Of a stretch of DNA of 64,000 bases, positions 21,304 through 31,423 are shown piece after piece; position 1 is the stretch's first letter; each line of letters begins with the position of its first letter. The position numbers and the translations under genes were made by a program. The notes beneath the pieces were generated by a model. It worked only from the letters and a program-made list of their open reading frames with translations, was not told where the DNA came from and made no database searches. The DNA comes from an uncultured virus (IMG/VR IMGVR_UViG_3300031758_000011) (taxonomy: Duplodnaviria; Heunggongvirae; Uroviricota; Caudoviricetes), in IMG/VR virus record IMGVR_UViG_3300031758_000011, positions 62,001 through 126,000 of that record, one strand, 5' to 3'.

Positions 21304-21343
21304 AAGAAGAACAGCAGAAGCTGATTTATATTTCACAAAATAA
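21281..21343 (+). pseudogene. Orphaned 3' fragment of the lysozyme gene
   Basis: Reads RTLKGLVRRRTAEADLYFTK*, versus KVLKGLVVRRQAEADLYFKKD in the intact gene. Confidence 0.85.
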
Positions 21344-21365
21344 AATTATAAACAAAAAAACAATA

Positions 21366-21392
21366 AAAACCCTGGCAATTGCTGGGGTTTTT
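21366..21392 (+). terminator. Intrinsic terminator
   Basis: AAAACCCTGGC-AATT-GCTGGGGTTTTT. Confidence 0.7.
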
Positions 21393-21429
21393 CAGTTTTT
21401 TTTAAATATTTATATTAAAAACTTACAAC

Positions 21430-23193
21430 ATGGATAAACTTAACAAATTATATATCGGTATTGGTTCTATTATCATGATGCTTTATATTTTAACACATAC
21501 CTTTATAATGTTAGATTATATTCCATTATGTAAAGAGATTGCAATATTCAATTATTTATCAATTATCCTTTTTTCTATCCCAGCAGTATTATTCGTAAGA
21601 AACTATATAAAGAAAAGCAAACAATCAGAGAATTTAAATTATTACGCTAAATCATTAAACGAAACGTTAATACATCAATCACACAATCAATTGTTTTATG
21701 ATGGGAATATTGTTGATGGTGCCAAACTATTAACCAAAGAAGTGACGTTATGTGCAAATGTTGATAGATGTTCTATTTGGTTATACAACAACGATAAAAC
21801 AAGTATCATTTGTCAACAACTATACATTAAAAGTGATGATAAATGGATTGAAGGGTTAACATTAAATAAAAAAGATTATGAACCTTATTTTAATGCGCTA
21901 AGTGTTAATCCAATTATTGTTGCTGATGACGCTGAAACACATCCATCAACAAAATGTTTTAAAGATGGTTATTTGATTCCATTAGGTGTTAAATCTATGT
22001 TAGATGTTCCAATACTTTATAAAGGTAAAGTAATAGGTGTAATTTGTATTGAATCATTAACACCTAGAGAATGGCATAAAGTTGAAATTAATTTTGCCGA
22101 AATGTTATCTTCATTATATTCTTTTATGTATTCAGTAAAAGAAAATAAAATGGTTGAACAAAATCTTGTTGATTTCCAAGATTTCATAAATGAAACAGCG
22201 TTGGTTTCAAAAACAGACAAACATGGTAAAATAACATACGCCAATAAAAAATTTTCAGAAGTATGTGGTTACACAAAAAGAGAATTAATTGGTAAAGACC
22301 ATAATTTGGTTAATTCTGGTTTCCATGATAAAAAATTCTGGGCTAAGATGTATAAAACTACAGTCAACGATAAGAAGATTTGGCATAGTTTGGTTGTGAA
22401 TAAAAGAAAGAATGGTAGTTTATATTATGTTGATACATATATTAAAGCAGAGTTTGACCATGATACGAATGAATTAATCGGTTTCTCATCAATAAGACAA
22501 GATATGACTGAGTTATATGAATCATTGAATGAGTTAAACAAAAAGAACACCTATTTAGAGCACGCTGCGAAGATTCTAAGACACGATATGCATTCTGGTA
22601 TAAATACATATATCCCAAGAGGAATTAATTCATTACAACGAAGATTAACACCAGAAATAATTGAAGTAAATAAATTAGAAGCACCATTGAAGATGCTTAA
22701 AGAAGGTTTGAAACATACACAGAAAGTTTATAAAGGTGTTTATGAGTTTACAAATTTGGTTAAAAAAGACGCTGTGTTAGCTAAAGATTATCATAACTTA
22801 AAAGAAATTTTAACAACCTTTTTAAAATCAACAGCATATTTCAGTCAAGTTAAAATACATGATTTACCTAATTTTGAAGTTAACGAATCATTGTTTTGTA
22901 CAGCAATTGATAATCTTATTAGAAATGGTTTAAAATACAATGACTCAAGCAATAAATTGGTCAACATTTACATGGAAGATGATGAAACGCTAGTTGTTGA
23001 AGATAATGGTAGAGGATTAACACAAGACCAATTTGAAGAATATTCTAAACCATATAATAGAAATAAAAACCAAAAAGAACCTGGTACGGGGTTAGGGTTA
23101 AATATTTGTATAGCAATACTTAAAGAACATGGTTTTGAAATTTTTTCAGAAAAAATTGTTAATGGTACTAAAATAAAAATAAAATTAAAATAG
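21430..23193 (+). CDS. Sensor histidine kinase (2 TM, GAF, PAS, HATPase)
   Basis: GAF (RCSIWL, SMLDVPI), PAS (ITYAN, ELIGK), H-box LRHDM, N-box NLIRNGLKY, DNGRG, GTGLGL. Confidence 0.92.
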   Translation: MDKLNKLYIGIGSIIMMLYILTHTFIMLDYIPLCKEIAIFNYLSIILFSIPAVLFVRNYIKKSKQSENLNYYAKSLNETLIHQSHNQLFYDGNIVDGAKLLTKEVTLCANVDRCSIWLYNNDKTSIICQQLYIKSDDKWIEGLTLNKKDYEPYFNALSVNPIIVADDAETHPSTKCFKDGYLIPLGVKSMLDVPILYKGKVIGVICIESLTPREWHKVEINFAEMLSSLYSFMYSVKENKMVEQNLVDFQDFINETALVSKTDKHGKITYANKKFSEVCGYTKRELIGKDHNLVNSGFHDKKFWAKMYKTTVNDKKIWHSLVVNKRKNGSLYYVDTYIKAEFDHDTNELIGFSSIRQDMTELYESLNELNKKNTYLEHAAKILRHDMHSGINTYIPRGINSLQRRLTPEIIEVNKLEAPLKMLKEGLKHTQKVYKGVYEFTNLVKKDAVLAKDYHNLKEILTTFLKSTAYFSQVKIHDLPNFEVNESLFCTAIDNLIRNGLKYNDSSNKLVNIYMEDDETLVVEDNGRGLTQDQFEEYSKPYNRNKNQKEPGTGLGLNICIAILKEHGFEIFSEKIVNGTKIKIKLK

Positions 23194-23195
23194 TT

Positions 23196-23633
23196 ATGAT
23201 AGATTCAATATTATTAGTGGATGATGAAGATTTATTTCACTTAGTTTTCGAAGACGCATGTAGTCTTTTAGATATAACACTTTCTTTACAAAGCGTTTCT
23301 TCAGCAGATGAAGCTGAAAAAATGTTTAAGAAATGGTATGAAACAAATAAAACAGATGAACGACCAGAATGTGTGTTCGTTGATTTAAATATGATAGGTT
23401 CTACTTTTGATGGGATTGAATTGGTTAGAAGAATTAATTTTGAATATGGTAACCATGTTGTTATAGGAATTATTTCATCAAGTGACGAAGCAGAAGAACA
23501 AGCAAAAGCGGTAAAAGCTGGAGCGCAATTTTGGATTGTTAAATCAGATGAGATTGAACCTAGGTTAGAAGATTTCAAAAAAGATTTTGAAAACTATAAA
23601 AAAGGTAAAGGAAAATTTAGAGTGTATAGATGA
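23196..23633 (+). CDS. Single-domain response regulator
   Basis: ILLVDDE, phospho-acceptor VFVDLNM, DGIEL, ISSS, conserved K. Confidence 0.9.
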   Translation: MIDSILLVDDEDLFHLVFEDACSLLDITLSLQSVSSADEAEKMFKKWYETNKTDERPECVFVDLNMIGSTFDGIELVRRINFEYGNHVVIGIISSSDEAEEQAKAVKAGAQFWIVKSDEIEPRLEDFKKDFENYKKGKGKFRVYR

Positions 23634-24184
23634 TAAAATTAGATAAAAATACAATGGAGCAATTAATCCATCTTTATGAAACCAGAAAAATAGGTTTGGA
23701 GGGTAATATTGCTAAATTGATTGAAACTGATGACGATAATTTTCAACAATATCTTAGAACATGTATATCTAACGACAACGATAATAGAAGAAAAAGATTA
23801 ACAATAACCAAACAAGTTCAATCACAAAACACTGAATTAAAAAAAGCTAAAGAAGAAAACGAAAGAATAAACGCAGAATTAAAAATAGCGTTGGATGTTG
23901 CTGAAAAAGCTAGAGAAAATGCTGAAAATGATTTAGAACTTCTTCAAAAGAAAACACAATTTGAGTTAATAGGGTTGATTGTTAAAATTTCTTTATCTAT
24001 AATTATTGGTGTAGGTTTATTTACTAGCTTTATGTATTTATATGTAATATATTTAGGTGGCGACACTACAGTTATACAATCAACATGGGCTAACATATTT
24101 GGTATATTATTAACAAATAGTTTTAGTATAATAGGAACAATAATGGGGGTTAAATATGCCTCTGATAAAAATAAAAAAAGATAA
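23630..24184 (+). CDS. Coiled-coil protein with two C-terminal TM helices
   Basis: Overlaps the regulator stop (ATGA); hydropathy pattern. Confidence 0.65.
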   Translation: MIKLDKNTMEQLIHLYETRKIGLEGNIAKLIETDDDNFQQYLRTCISNDNDNRRKRLTITKQVQSQNTELKKAKEENERINAELKIALDVAEKARENAENDLELLQKKTQFELIGLIVKISLSIIIGVGLFTSFMYLYVIYLGGDTTVIQSTWANIFGILLTNSFSIIGTIMGVKYASDKNKKR

Positions 24185-24187
24185 AAT

Positions 24188-24799
24188 ATGAGTTACACAA
24201 GAGAACAGATTAAAGCTGCGGTTGAATCAAAAGGTTACAGATGGTTTAACGATGACGCTAATAAAACTTATGATGTAAATATTGTAGGTATTCGTAATGC
24301 AGCAACTGGTAAAAAAGTTACAAACGTATTTGATGACATTCTTACTATTTCATTTAAAGATGAAAAAGGCGCTTGGCAATTTTATGCATGGGCGGCAACA
24401 ACAGACCCAGGTAAAAAATCCATGTTAGAATGGAATAAAATGGGTATTAAAGGTGGTTGTGCAAGATTAGTACCAAATCAATATAGAAGTGTTTGGAGAA
24501 TAGATAAACATCAAGGAAAATATGATGCGTTATGTCAAAGAAATGGAAACGTAAGAGTTTACCGTGATGCTGACTTTGATTTAGAATATGATGAAAATAA
24601 AATCACTGAAGGTATGTACGGAATTAACATACATAAAGCTGGTAGAGATTCTACATGGGTGGAAAACTGGTCAGCTGGTTGTCAAGTATTTAAAAGAGTA
24701 ATGGATTTTGATGCGTTTATGAGTATAGTTAGAAAAGCGGCTAAAATACATGGTAATTCATTCACTTACACATTATTAAATTCAACTGATATTAAATAA
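24188..24799 (+). CDS. Putative murein L,D-transpeptidase (YkuD)-like enzyme
   Basis: GINIHKAG...WSAGCQV His/Ser-x-Gly-Cys catalytic pattern. Confidence 0.6.
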   Translation: MSYTREQIKAAVESKGYRWFNDDANKTYDVNIVGIRNAATGKKVTNVFDDILTISFKDEKGAWQFYAWAATTDPGKKSMLEWNKMGIKGGCARLVPNQYRSVWRIDKHQGKYDALCQRNGNVRVYRDADFDLEYDENKITEGMYGINIHKAGRDSTWVENWSAGCQVFKRVMDFDAFMSIVRKAAKIHGNSFTYTLLNSTDIK

Positions 24800-24804
24800 T
24801 TATA

Positions 24805-25275
24805 ATGAGCAATAATTTTAATAAATTAAATTTATTGGCTTATATTCATAACCCAGTAAGTTTTGATACTATGTTAAAGATATATAAAACACATAATATC
24901 TTATTTGATAAATGTGAGTTATATGGAGATTTTACATTATCTCTTATCGAATTAGTGTTCACAACTTACTTGGGTGATGATTTAACGACAGATGAACAGC
25001 GTTTTAAACATTTTGAATGGTGTTGGAAAAAGACTGTTGACAATTTTGAAAAAGAAGACATAACTATCAACAGCGACAAGTTATATCAATATTTTTTAGA
25101 ATTTGTGTTAGAGTTGTATTATTCAGACCCAAATAAAGATGAAAACTTAAACAAAACTTTATTGGTGATATGGACCAATATTTTTGATTATGAGAGAGAA
25201 AAGACAAACGCTGACATTGATACATTATTAGAATTATACAAAATATTTGAAATTTCGCTAAAAAAAACGTTTTAA
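24805..25275 (+). CDS. Hypothetical protein
   Basis: ORF track. Confidence 0.6.
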   Translation: MSNNFNKLNLLAYIHNPVSFDTMLKIYKTHNILFDKCELYGDFTLSLIELVFTTYLGDDLTTDEQRFKHFEWCWKKTVDNFEKEDITINSDKLYQYFLEFVLELYYSDPNKDENLNKTLLVIWTNIFDYEREKTNADIDTLLELYKIFEISLKKTF

Positions 25276-25313
25276 CTATTTATTTTTAGAAAAAATGCAT
25301 TAGTTTTAAAAAT

Positions 25314-25541
25314 ATGAATACTGAAAGAATTATTAATTTGGTCATGATGGAAATGACCATGGATAAAATGAAACTCGAAGATGACATCGAAAGTGCCATC
25401 AACCGAAACGATATTTCTATTGAAGAAAGGACTAATACACTTAAATCTTTAGTATATAGACTTTCAACAGTAGAAAACGCTATTGCTACGTTTAGCAATA
25501 TGTTAAATAATAATAATAACACAAAAGAAAAAGAAAATTAA
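25314..25541 (+). CDS. Hypothetical protein
   Basis: ORF track. Confidence 0.6.
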   Translation: MNTERIINLVMMEMTMDKMKLEDDIESAINRNDISIEERTNTLKSLVYRLSTVENAIATFSNMLNNNNNTKEKEN

Positions 25542-25543
25542 AA

Positions 25544-25726
25544 ATGGAAAAGTACGAAGAATTAAAAAACTTGGTAGCATCTATGGAAGATGACGCAACA
25601 AAATTTTACGAAAAAGGTAACAAAGCTGCTGGTGTAAGATTAAGAAAATCATTACAAGATGTTAAAACTTTAGCACAAAACATTCGTTTAGATGTTTCTA
25701 CAAAAACTAAAACAGTTAAAGCTTAA
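25544..25726 (+). CDS. Histone H1-like (Hc1-family) small nucleoid protein
   Basis: KFYEKGNKAAGVRLRKSLQDVKTLAQNIR matches the Bacteroidota/Chlamydia Hc1 N-terminal pattern. Confidence 0.8.
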   Translation: MEKYEELKNLVASMEDDATKFYEKGNKAAGVRLRKSLQDVKTLAQNIRLDVSTKTKTVKA

Positions 25727-25737
25727 AAAATAAAAAT

Positions 25738-25950
25738 ATGTTTATAGTTATACTTAATAAATTACTTATCGTTTTATTCATGTTAGCATGTTTAAACGTG
25801 GTTAGACACGCTTATTACTTTATTCAAGCTGTTGTAACTTCAACCGAAGAAGAACCTAAGAAATATAAAATGCCTAAATTACAGTTAAATTTATTAGGTA
25901 TATCTATAGCATATATTTTATCAGTGCTTATTACTGGAATCACAATTTAA
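25738..25950 (+). CDS. Small 2-TM membrane protein
   Basis: Two hydrophobic segments. Confidence 0.6.
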   Translation: MFIVILNKLLIVLFMLACLNVVRHAYYFIQAVVTSTEEEPKKYKMPKLQLNLLGISIAYILSVLITGITI

Positions 25951-25959
25951 ATTATTAAA

Positions 25960-26652
25960 ATGTCAAATATACAAAAAACATTAGATTCTTTACAACCATA
26001 TGTTATAGGTATAAGATATCTAGAAGGGACACCATTAGTTGATGCTGTGTTCAAAGAAGGTTGGACTGTACCAGATGACAATAAGGTTAAAAAAGTCAGA
26101 GGTAACGAAGAAATGAATTACTATATGCTTTTTAGTGAAGTTGCTGGTGTTGGTTTGGATGATTTATTAGATTATGTTAAGAAAACAATTGATTTAAATA
26201 TTGAGCGTGAAAAGAAACATGATTTACTAAAGGAAAAAGTTAATGAGTTAAAAGAAATTTTTAAGAAAACTAGTTTAGATAAATTAAAAAGACTTAAATT
26301 TAATTTTAGCGAAGAAGACTTAGTTCCTAGGTTAGATGATTTTGACGCTGAAATAGAAGAAGCATTAAACGAAGACGCTATAATTGATGAACCAATACAA
26401 ACAACCAACCCATCTGATTTTTATCCAGAAAATGTTGAAGAATATGCGACATCTGGTGAGAAAGAATTTGAAGAAACAATTATCCCATCTTATTTAGACG
26501 AAAATGGTAACCCAATTGAGTTAACTGAAGAAGAAATGGAAATGATTGAAGAAGAAAAAAGAGCATTACGAAACATGGAATTGCTAAAAAACAAAAAACA
26601 AAGTGAAAAACTAAAAGCAATATCTAGTAAAGTAGAATTACCACCTAGATAA
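25960..26652 (+). CDS. Hypothetical protein
   Basis: ORF track. Confidence 0.65.
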   Translation: MSNIQKTLDSLQPYVIGIRYLEGTPLVDAVFKEGWTVPDDNKVKKVRGNEEMNYYMLFSEVAGVGLDDLLDYVKKTIDLNIEREKKHDLLKEKVNELKEIFKKTSLDKLKRLKFNFSEEDLVPRLDDFDAEIEEALNEDAIIDEPIQTTNPSDFYPENVEEYATSGEKEFEETIIPSYLDENGNPIELTEEEMEMIEEEKRALRNMELLKNKKQSEKLKAISSKVELPPR

Positions 26653-26667
26653 TAAACAACAACAAAC

Positions 26668-26695
26668 AAAAAAAGCCCCTTAATGGGGCTTTTTT
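26668..26695. terminator. Bidirectional terminator
   Basis: A-run-GCCCC-TTAAT-GGGGC-T-run between convergent genes. Confidence 0.8.
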
Positions 26696-27032
26696 ATTTT
26701 GAGAAAGCTCGTTCAAAAGCTTCTTGTACTGTATGTGTTAACCACACGCCAGCTGCGGAAATTAATCCATTAAAAAAAACGATTAAAATAGGTGATTCTA
26801 CACCCAAACTACCCATAGGGGTTAATTTACTGTATCCAAAATAAATCATAATTCCAGAAACCGCAAAACCCATCCAAGTACCCAAACACATAAAACACGT
26901 GAATAGTTTATGAATACTGTAACCGCCAGTACCCATCTTTGCTAGAAAGTTTCTCCAACCTTCAAAAACAGAGCCATAAATTAAATTGTTACAAGCCCCA
27001 TAACAAATAAGAATAAAAATTAATGTTGTCAT
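26694..27032 (-). CDS. Membrane protein with CxxC motif (DUF1360-like)
   Basis: LFTCFMCLGTW plus TM helices. Confidence 0.6.
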   Translation of the reverse strand: MTTLIFILICYGACNNLIYGSVFEGWRNFLAKMGTGGYSIHKLFTCFMCLGTWMGFAVSGIMIYFGYSKLTPMGSLGVESPILIVFFNGLISAAGVWLTHTVQEAFERAFSK

Positions 27033-27094
27033 AAGTTTTTATTTAAATATAATATTTATAGCGCATATAGTCAATATTTATAATAAAAAAGAAT

Positions 27095-27364
27095 ATGAAA
27101 AAATTCATAAAATATAAATTAAATGTTTTGCTTACCGAAAGTAAAAAAGATGAGTATCAATATCAAATGAGAGATATTGGTGGTTCTAACGTTTATTATC
27201 GAAAAAAGAAAAAAGACAAACATTGGACTATTATTGATGAAAAAGAATTTGAAATTACTTGTAAAAAATGTGATTGGCATTGGTTAGCGTCTGAATCAAA
27301 TAAATCTGATTTATTTGTTTGTCATAAATGTGACCATGACAATGAATCTTCTTATGTTAAATAA
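27095..27364 (+). CDS. Small late protein with C-terminal zinc ribbon
   Basis: CKKC...CHKC; TATTTAT upstream. Confidence 0.6.
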   Translation: MKKFIKYKLNVLLTESKKDEYQYQMRDIGGSNVYYRKKKKDKHWTIIDEKEFEITCKKCDWHWLASESNKSDLFVCHKCDHDNESSYVK

Positions 27365-27409
27365 TTTACAATGTAAAAACTAATACATATATTTGATAAA
27401 AAGAAAAAT

Positions 27410-27628
27410 ATGAACGATAAGATGATTAACCGTGAAATTCAGATGATTGAAAACGAAATGGTGGCTGATAAATTAATCACCGACATCAAAAAAAAGAATT
27501 TCATTAATGACATAAAAACTAACTTGGGTACTGAAATTAAGAAAAACCCAAATAAAGTTAAAGTGATAACAAAATCAAAAAAAGAAAGATTTTTTGATTT
27601 TATAAAAAGTTTATTTACAAAGTTTTAA
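27410..27628 (+). CDS. Hypothetical protein
   Basis: ORF track. Confidence 0.6.
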   Translation: MNDKMINREIQMIENEMVADKLITDIKKKNFINDIKTNLGTEIKKNPNKVKVITKSKKERFFDFIKSLFTKF

Positions 27629-27629
27629 T

Positions 27630-27851
27630 ATGAAATACGAAGACTTAATAGAAACAGTTTCAGAAATAATCAATAATGAAAAAATTAATAAAAATGGGTT
27701 AATTATTACTTATGTTTTAGACGAAGAAAAACATAATAAAATGAATGAACATCTTTATTATCTGTCTAACCCTAATGGAACTGATTATGAAAAAAACAAT
27801 GAGTTTGAAGTTGAAATAGATGGACTAATTGTTAAATTTATTAAAAAATAA
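27630..27851 (+). CDS. Hypothetical protein
   Basis: ORF track. Confidence 0.6.
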   Translation: MKYEDLIETVSEIINNEKINKNGLIITYVLDEEKHNKMNEHLYYLSNPNGTDYEKNNEFEVEIDGLIVKFIKK

Positions 27852-27896
27852 TTTGTTACGTAATTATCTTTTTGTACATTTGTAAAAAAAAGACAA

Positions 27897-28505
27897 ATGG
27901 CTAAAAAATTATTAGAAGAATATGGTGACTATAAATTAGTCGCTGGGTTAGATGAAGTTGGTAGAGGCTGTGGTGCTGGACCAGTTGTAACAGCAGCTGT
28001 TATATTACCAAAAGGTTTTAATTCACCACTTATCAGAGATTCAAAGAAACTATCACCAAAACAAAGAGATGAAGCATACACATTGATAATGGAAAATGCT
28101 ATTGCTGTATCATGCCACGCTGGTTCAGTGAAAGAAATTGATGAAATAGGTATCAACCCATCAACATTTAATACTATGTATAAGTGTCTAGATGAATTAT
28201 CAGTTAAACCAGAACATATATTAATAGATGGGACTGTTTGGACTGAACGTGAACAAGACGCTGAAGTAACATTAGTACCAAAAGGTGATGATACATATAC
28301 ATGCATTGCTGCCGCTGCTATCGTTGCTAAAGTAAGACGTGACGAATATATGTGTAAATTACATTTATTACACCCACAATACAATTGGTGTAAAAATAAA
28401 GGTTATTTAACGCCAGACCATATTGAAGCGTTGAAAGAACATGGGTCAAATAAGTATCACAGAAAACAATATGTGAGAAATTTTGTAAAAAATTTGGTAG
28501 ATTAA
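27897..28505 (+). CDS. rnhB: Ribonuclease HII
   Basis: GLDEVGRG..AGPV, DSKKL, LIDG, KGD, AAAIVAKV.RD, KGY. Confidence 0.95.
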   Translation: MAKKLLEEYGDYKLVAGLDEVGRGCGAGPVVTAAVILPKGFNSPLIRDSKKLSPKQRDEAYTLIMENAIAVSCHAGSVKEIDEIGINPSTFNTMYKCLDELSVKPEHILIDGTVWTEREQDAEVTLVPKGDDTYTCIAAAAIVAKVRRDEYMCKLHLLHPQYNWCKNKGYLTPDHIEALKEHGSNKYHRKQYVRNFVKNLVD

Positions 28506-28528
28506 AAAATTATACTTACATTTGTAAT

Positions 28529-29041
28529 ATGAAAACAGAAACTAAAATATCATTATTTATAATTTCGCTTTGTGTAGTGACTTGCTTGTTTTTAGCGTCA
28601 TGTAAGAAAATAACTCCAGGTAGTTACGCTCAGAATGAACCTAAACCAGAAGACACGACAACATGGGAGTGGAAATATACATACAAAGGAACGTTACCTA
28701 ATTGGGGTGGTTCTACAAATAATGAATTAGTAGGTACAAGATGGGTATTAACAAAAGTAGTAACTGCATTTGCAACGTCATATCCAAATGACACGATTGA
28801 ATTTGTTTCAAACAATCAATATAAGTGTAATTTCTATGCGTTAAGAACATATACATTAACTGCTGGTGTTGCATCAACAAATAAGACTTTGACATTAAAT
28901 TATTTTTTACCTTTTGGCGGTAGCCATTATAGTGGCGAAGTTGGACAATACTTTGTTAGTGATGGACAAATAAACAACGCTGAGTTTAAGAATATACAAA
29001 ACTCTACTGCAACAGTAAGGGCATGGTTTTTAAAATTATAA
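28529..29041 (+). CDS. Putative lipoprotein
   Basis: Signal peptide with lipobox FLASC. Confidence 0.7.
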   Translation: MKTETKISLFIISLCVVTCLFLASCKKITPGSYAQNEPKPEDTTTWEWKYTYKGTLPNWGGSTNNELVGTRWVLTKVVTAFATSYPNDTIEFVSNNQYKCNFYALRTYTLTAGVASTNKTLTLNYFLPFGGSHYSGEVGQYFVSDGQINNAEFKNIQNSTATVRAWFLKL

Positions 29042-29052
29042 ATAAAAATAAA

Positions 29053-29529
29053 ATGAAAAGAAGTAAATTTTTAGTGTTAGGATTAATATTATCCTTAACT
29101 AGTTGTGCCGATACTGAAATCGAAACAACACCTATTTTAAGAGAAAAAGCAGTTGTGGTGACAACATTATATACACCATCAGAACATCGTACTGAAATAA
29201 GACGAACAATGGTTGACCATGGTGGGTTTACTGGTACTGATTATAACGGAAATACTGGTGTTAAAGTAGGTAGAAACCATCAATTAACAACAACTACTAT
29301 ACCAGAACGTTTTGGTGTTGCTTTTCAATGTGAGCATGGCACGTTTACAGTTGAAGGTAAAGAAACTAAACATAGAGTACTTCATGATAAACTAATAGCG
29401 TCTATTGGTGACACTGTAACGATTCTTTATCAAGAACATTACATTAGAACTTATGAGAAAGTAAACGGTATTAGAAAACTAGTTAAACGTGAATTATATG
29501 ATATGGATTTCTTAGATGCACAAAAATAA
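29053..29529 (+). CDS. Putative lipoprotein
   Basis: MKRSKFLVLGLILSLTSC lipobox; start refined. Confidence 0.7.
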   Translation: MKRSKFLVLGLILSLTSCADTEIETTPILREKAVVVTTLYTPSEHRTEIRRTMVDHGGFTGTDYNGNTGVKVGRNHQLTTTTIPERFGVAFQCEHGTFTVEGKETKHRVLHDKLIASIGDTVTILYQEHYIRTYEKVNGIRKLVKRELYDMDFLDAQK

Positions 29530-29581
29530 TTAGATAAAAATCAACAAATTAAAAAATAATTTAAAAAAAGTTTAAAAAAAA

Positions 29582-29613
29582 CTTGCAAAAACAAAAAAGT
29601 GTTCGTACATTTG
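29582..29613 (+). promoter_or_regulatory. Bacteroidota-type housekeeping promoter (example of a recurrent motif)
   Basis: TTG...TACATTTG; the same -7 box occurs at about 27875, 28517, 35545, 37084, 41116, 42676, 45720, 49070, 51247, 54028, 57368 and 62808. Confidence 0.8.
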
Positions 29614-29648
29614 CAACACTTAATTATAAATCTTAAAAATAAAATATT

Positions 29649-31088
29649 ATGAGCACATTTTTAAAAGCAATGCAAACAGCGGATTCGTTAACTGAAAACG
29701 GAATGGCTACAAACTCATCATCTTTGAACCACTGTGTAGATTTATTCTTCCAAATCGGTGCAATGAGAGGTCAAGACAAGCAAAGATTAATCAATGCTTT
29801 CACGAAAGCTTTTGCTGAGAATCCATTACATGCAATGAAATTGTTATTTTGGGCTCGTGACGTAAGGGGTGGTGCTGGTGAAAGACAAATCTTTAGAGAT
29901 ATTGTTGCTTACTTAGCTGAGAACCGTACAGAGATATTAAGTAAAAACTTACACTTGTTTAACGAGTATGGTCGTTGGGATGATTTACTAACTCTTGTTG
30001 GTACACCATTACAAACTACAGCGTTGAACTTAATCTCAGCAGCGTTAGATAGAAAAGATGGTTTGGCAGCTAAATGGATGCCACGTCCAAACGTATCTAA
30101 CCGTGAGAAGAAAAGATGGGCGAATGCTTTAAGAAAGCATTTGGGGTTAACACCAAAGCAATACCGTAAGTTATTGACTGAAAACTCTAACACAGTTGAG
30201 CAATTAATGTGTGCTAGAGAATACTCTAAAATCGAGTACTCTAAATTGCCATCAAAAGCGATGAGTGATTACATGAAAGCGTTCTCTAAGAACGATTTAG
30301 AGAGATTCCAAGCGTATTTAGCTTCTCTTGAAAAAGGTGAAACTAAAATCAACGCTGGTGCGGTGTACCCATATGACATCGTTAAAAACTTGAAACATGG
30401 AAATGCTAAAGGTGCTAACGAACAATGGAAAGCGTTACCAAACTACATGGAAACTAACGAAGAGTATGTTTTACCAGTAGTTGACGTTTCTGGGTCAATG
30501 TCATGCCCAGCTGGTGGTAACCCTAACGTTACTTGTATGGATGTAGCAATCTCATTGGGATTATACATCTCTGAAAGAAACGTTGGTCCTTTCCAAGATG
30601 CTTTTGTTACTTTCTCTGAAAGTCCAAAATTACAAATCTTGAAAGGTAATTTAAATGAGCGTTACAATCAACTTCAAAGAGCTGATTGGGATATGTCAAC
30701 AAACTTGGAAGCTGTATTTAAGGTAATACTTAAACAAGCTAAACAGTCTAACGTTCCTCAATCAGAAATGCCGACAATGATTTTAATCTTGTCAGACATG
30801 GAGTTTAATTCTGCTTTAAGAGGTAGAGGTTGGAACCCAACTGCTCAAAAAATGATTGAATCAATGTATGCAGAAGCTGGATATAAAACTCCAAAAGTTG
30901 TATACTGGAACATTCAATCAAGAGGTGATAACAACAAACCAGTACACTTTGATACAAATGGTACTGCATTGGTATCTGGATTCTCACCAGCCTTGTTAAC
31001 AAACTTGTTAGCTGGTCGTGATTTAAACCCAATATCAATGATGTTGAGTGTTATCGACTCTGAGCGTTACTCACCAGTAACAATCTAA
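29649..31088 (+). CDS. DUF2828-type TROVE/Ro60-like helical + vWA protein
   Basis: TENG..T, LFWARDVRGGAGER..FR, YGRWDD, AAKWMPR; vWA MIDAS DVSGSM, ILSDMEF, VYWN. Confidence 0.8.
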   Translation: MSTFLKAMQTADSLTENGMATNSSSLNHCVDLFFQIGAMRGQDKQRLINAFTKAFAENPLHAMKLLFWARDVRGGAGERQIFRDIVAYLAENRTEILSKNLHLFNEYGRWDDLLTLVGTPLQTTALNLISAALDRKDGLAAKWMPRPNVSNREKKRWANALRKHLGLTPKQYRKLLTENSNTVEQLMCAREYSKIEYSKLPSKAMSDYMKAFSKNDLERFQAYLASLEKGETKINAGAVYPYDIVKNLKHGNAKGANEQWKALPNYMETNEEYVLPVVDVSGSMSCPAGGNPNVTCMDVAISLGLYISERNVGPFQDAFVTFSESPKLQILKGNLNERYNQLQRADWDMSTNLEAVFKVILKQAKQSNVPQSEMPTMILILSDMEFNSALRGRGWNPTAQKMIESMYAEAGYKTPKVVYWNIQSRGDNNKPVHFDTNGTALVSGFSPALLTNLLAGRDLNPISMMLSVIDSERYSPVTI

Positions 31089-31123
31089 GAGGTTGGGGTG
31101 TAAAAGCCCCAATTTTCTTCAAA

Positions 31124-31313
31124 TGTTTGTATAGAAAAATGCATTCTGCAACTTAAAAAAATTTATACAATTAATATAGTTCAGTAACAACCTTAAAATT
31201 AACACCTTCGGGAGATTTTAGGGTAAAAATAGGAGTCAAAGCCTAATAAAAAAATTGACACTTCTTTATTGAGTTTAGAAGGTTAAAACTACTCCAGCAT
31301 TTTGTTACAAACA
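31124..31313 (+). ncRNA. Putative structured ncRNA, 'TTCWGCAA' element 1
   Basis: Ends pair (TGTTTGTA/TACAAACA, AAAATGC/GCATTTT); ATTCTGCAAC follows the 5' strand; no ORF; terminator immediately after. Confidence 0.6.
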
Positions 31314-31319
31314 CTAATT

Positions 31320-31347
31320 AAAAGGACTCATTTTGGGTCCTTTTTTT
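31320..31347 (+). terminator. Intrinsic terminator
   Basis: AAAAGGACTCA-TTT-TGGGTCCTTTTTTT. Confidence 0.75.
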
Positions 31348-31423
31348 GTTTTTATGCTTTACAATGTGAAAAAAAATCGATAAACTTAAATTAAATAATA
31401 ATAATTTAATATTTAAAGTATAA

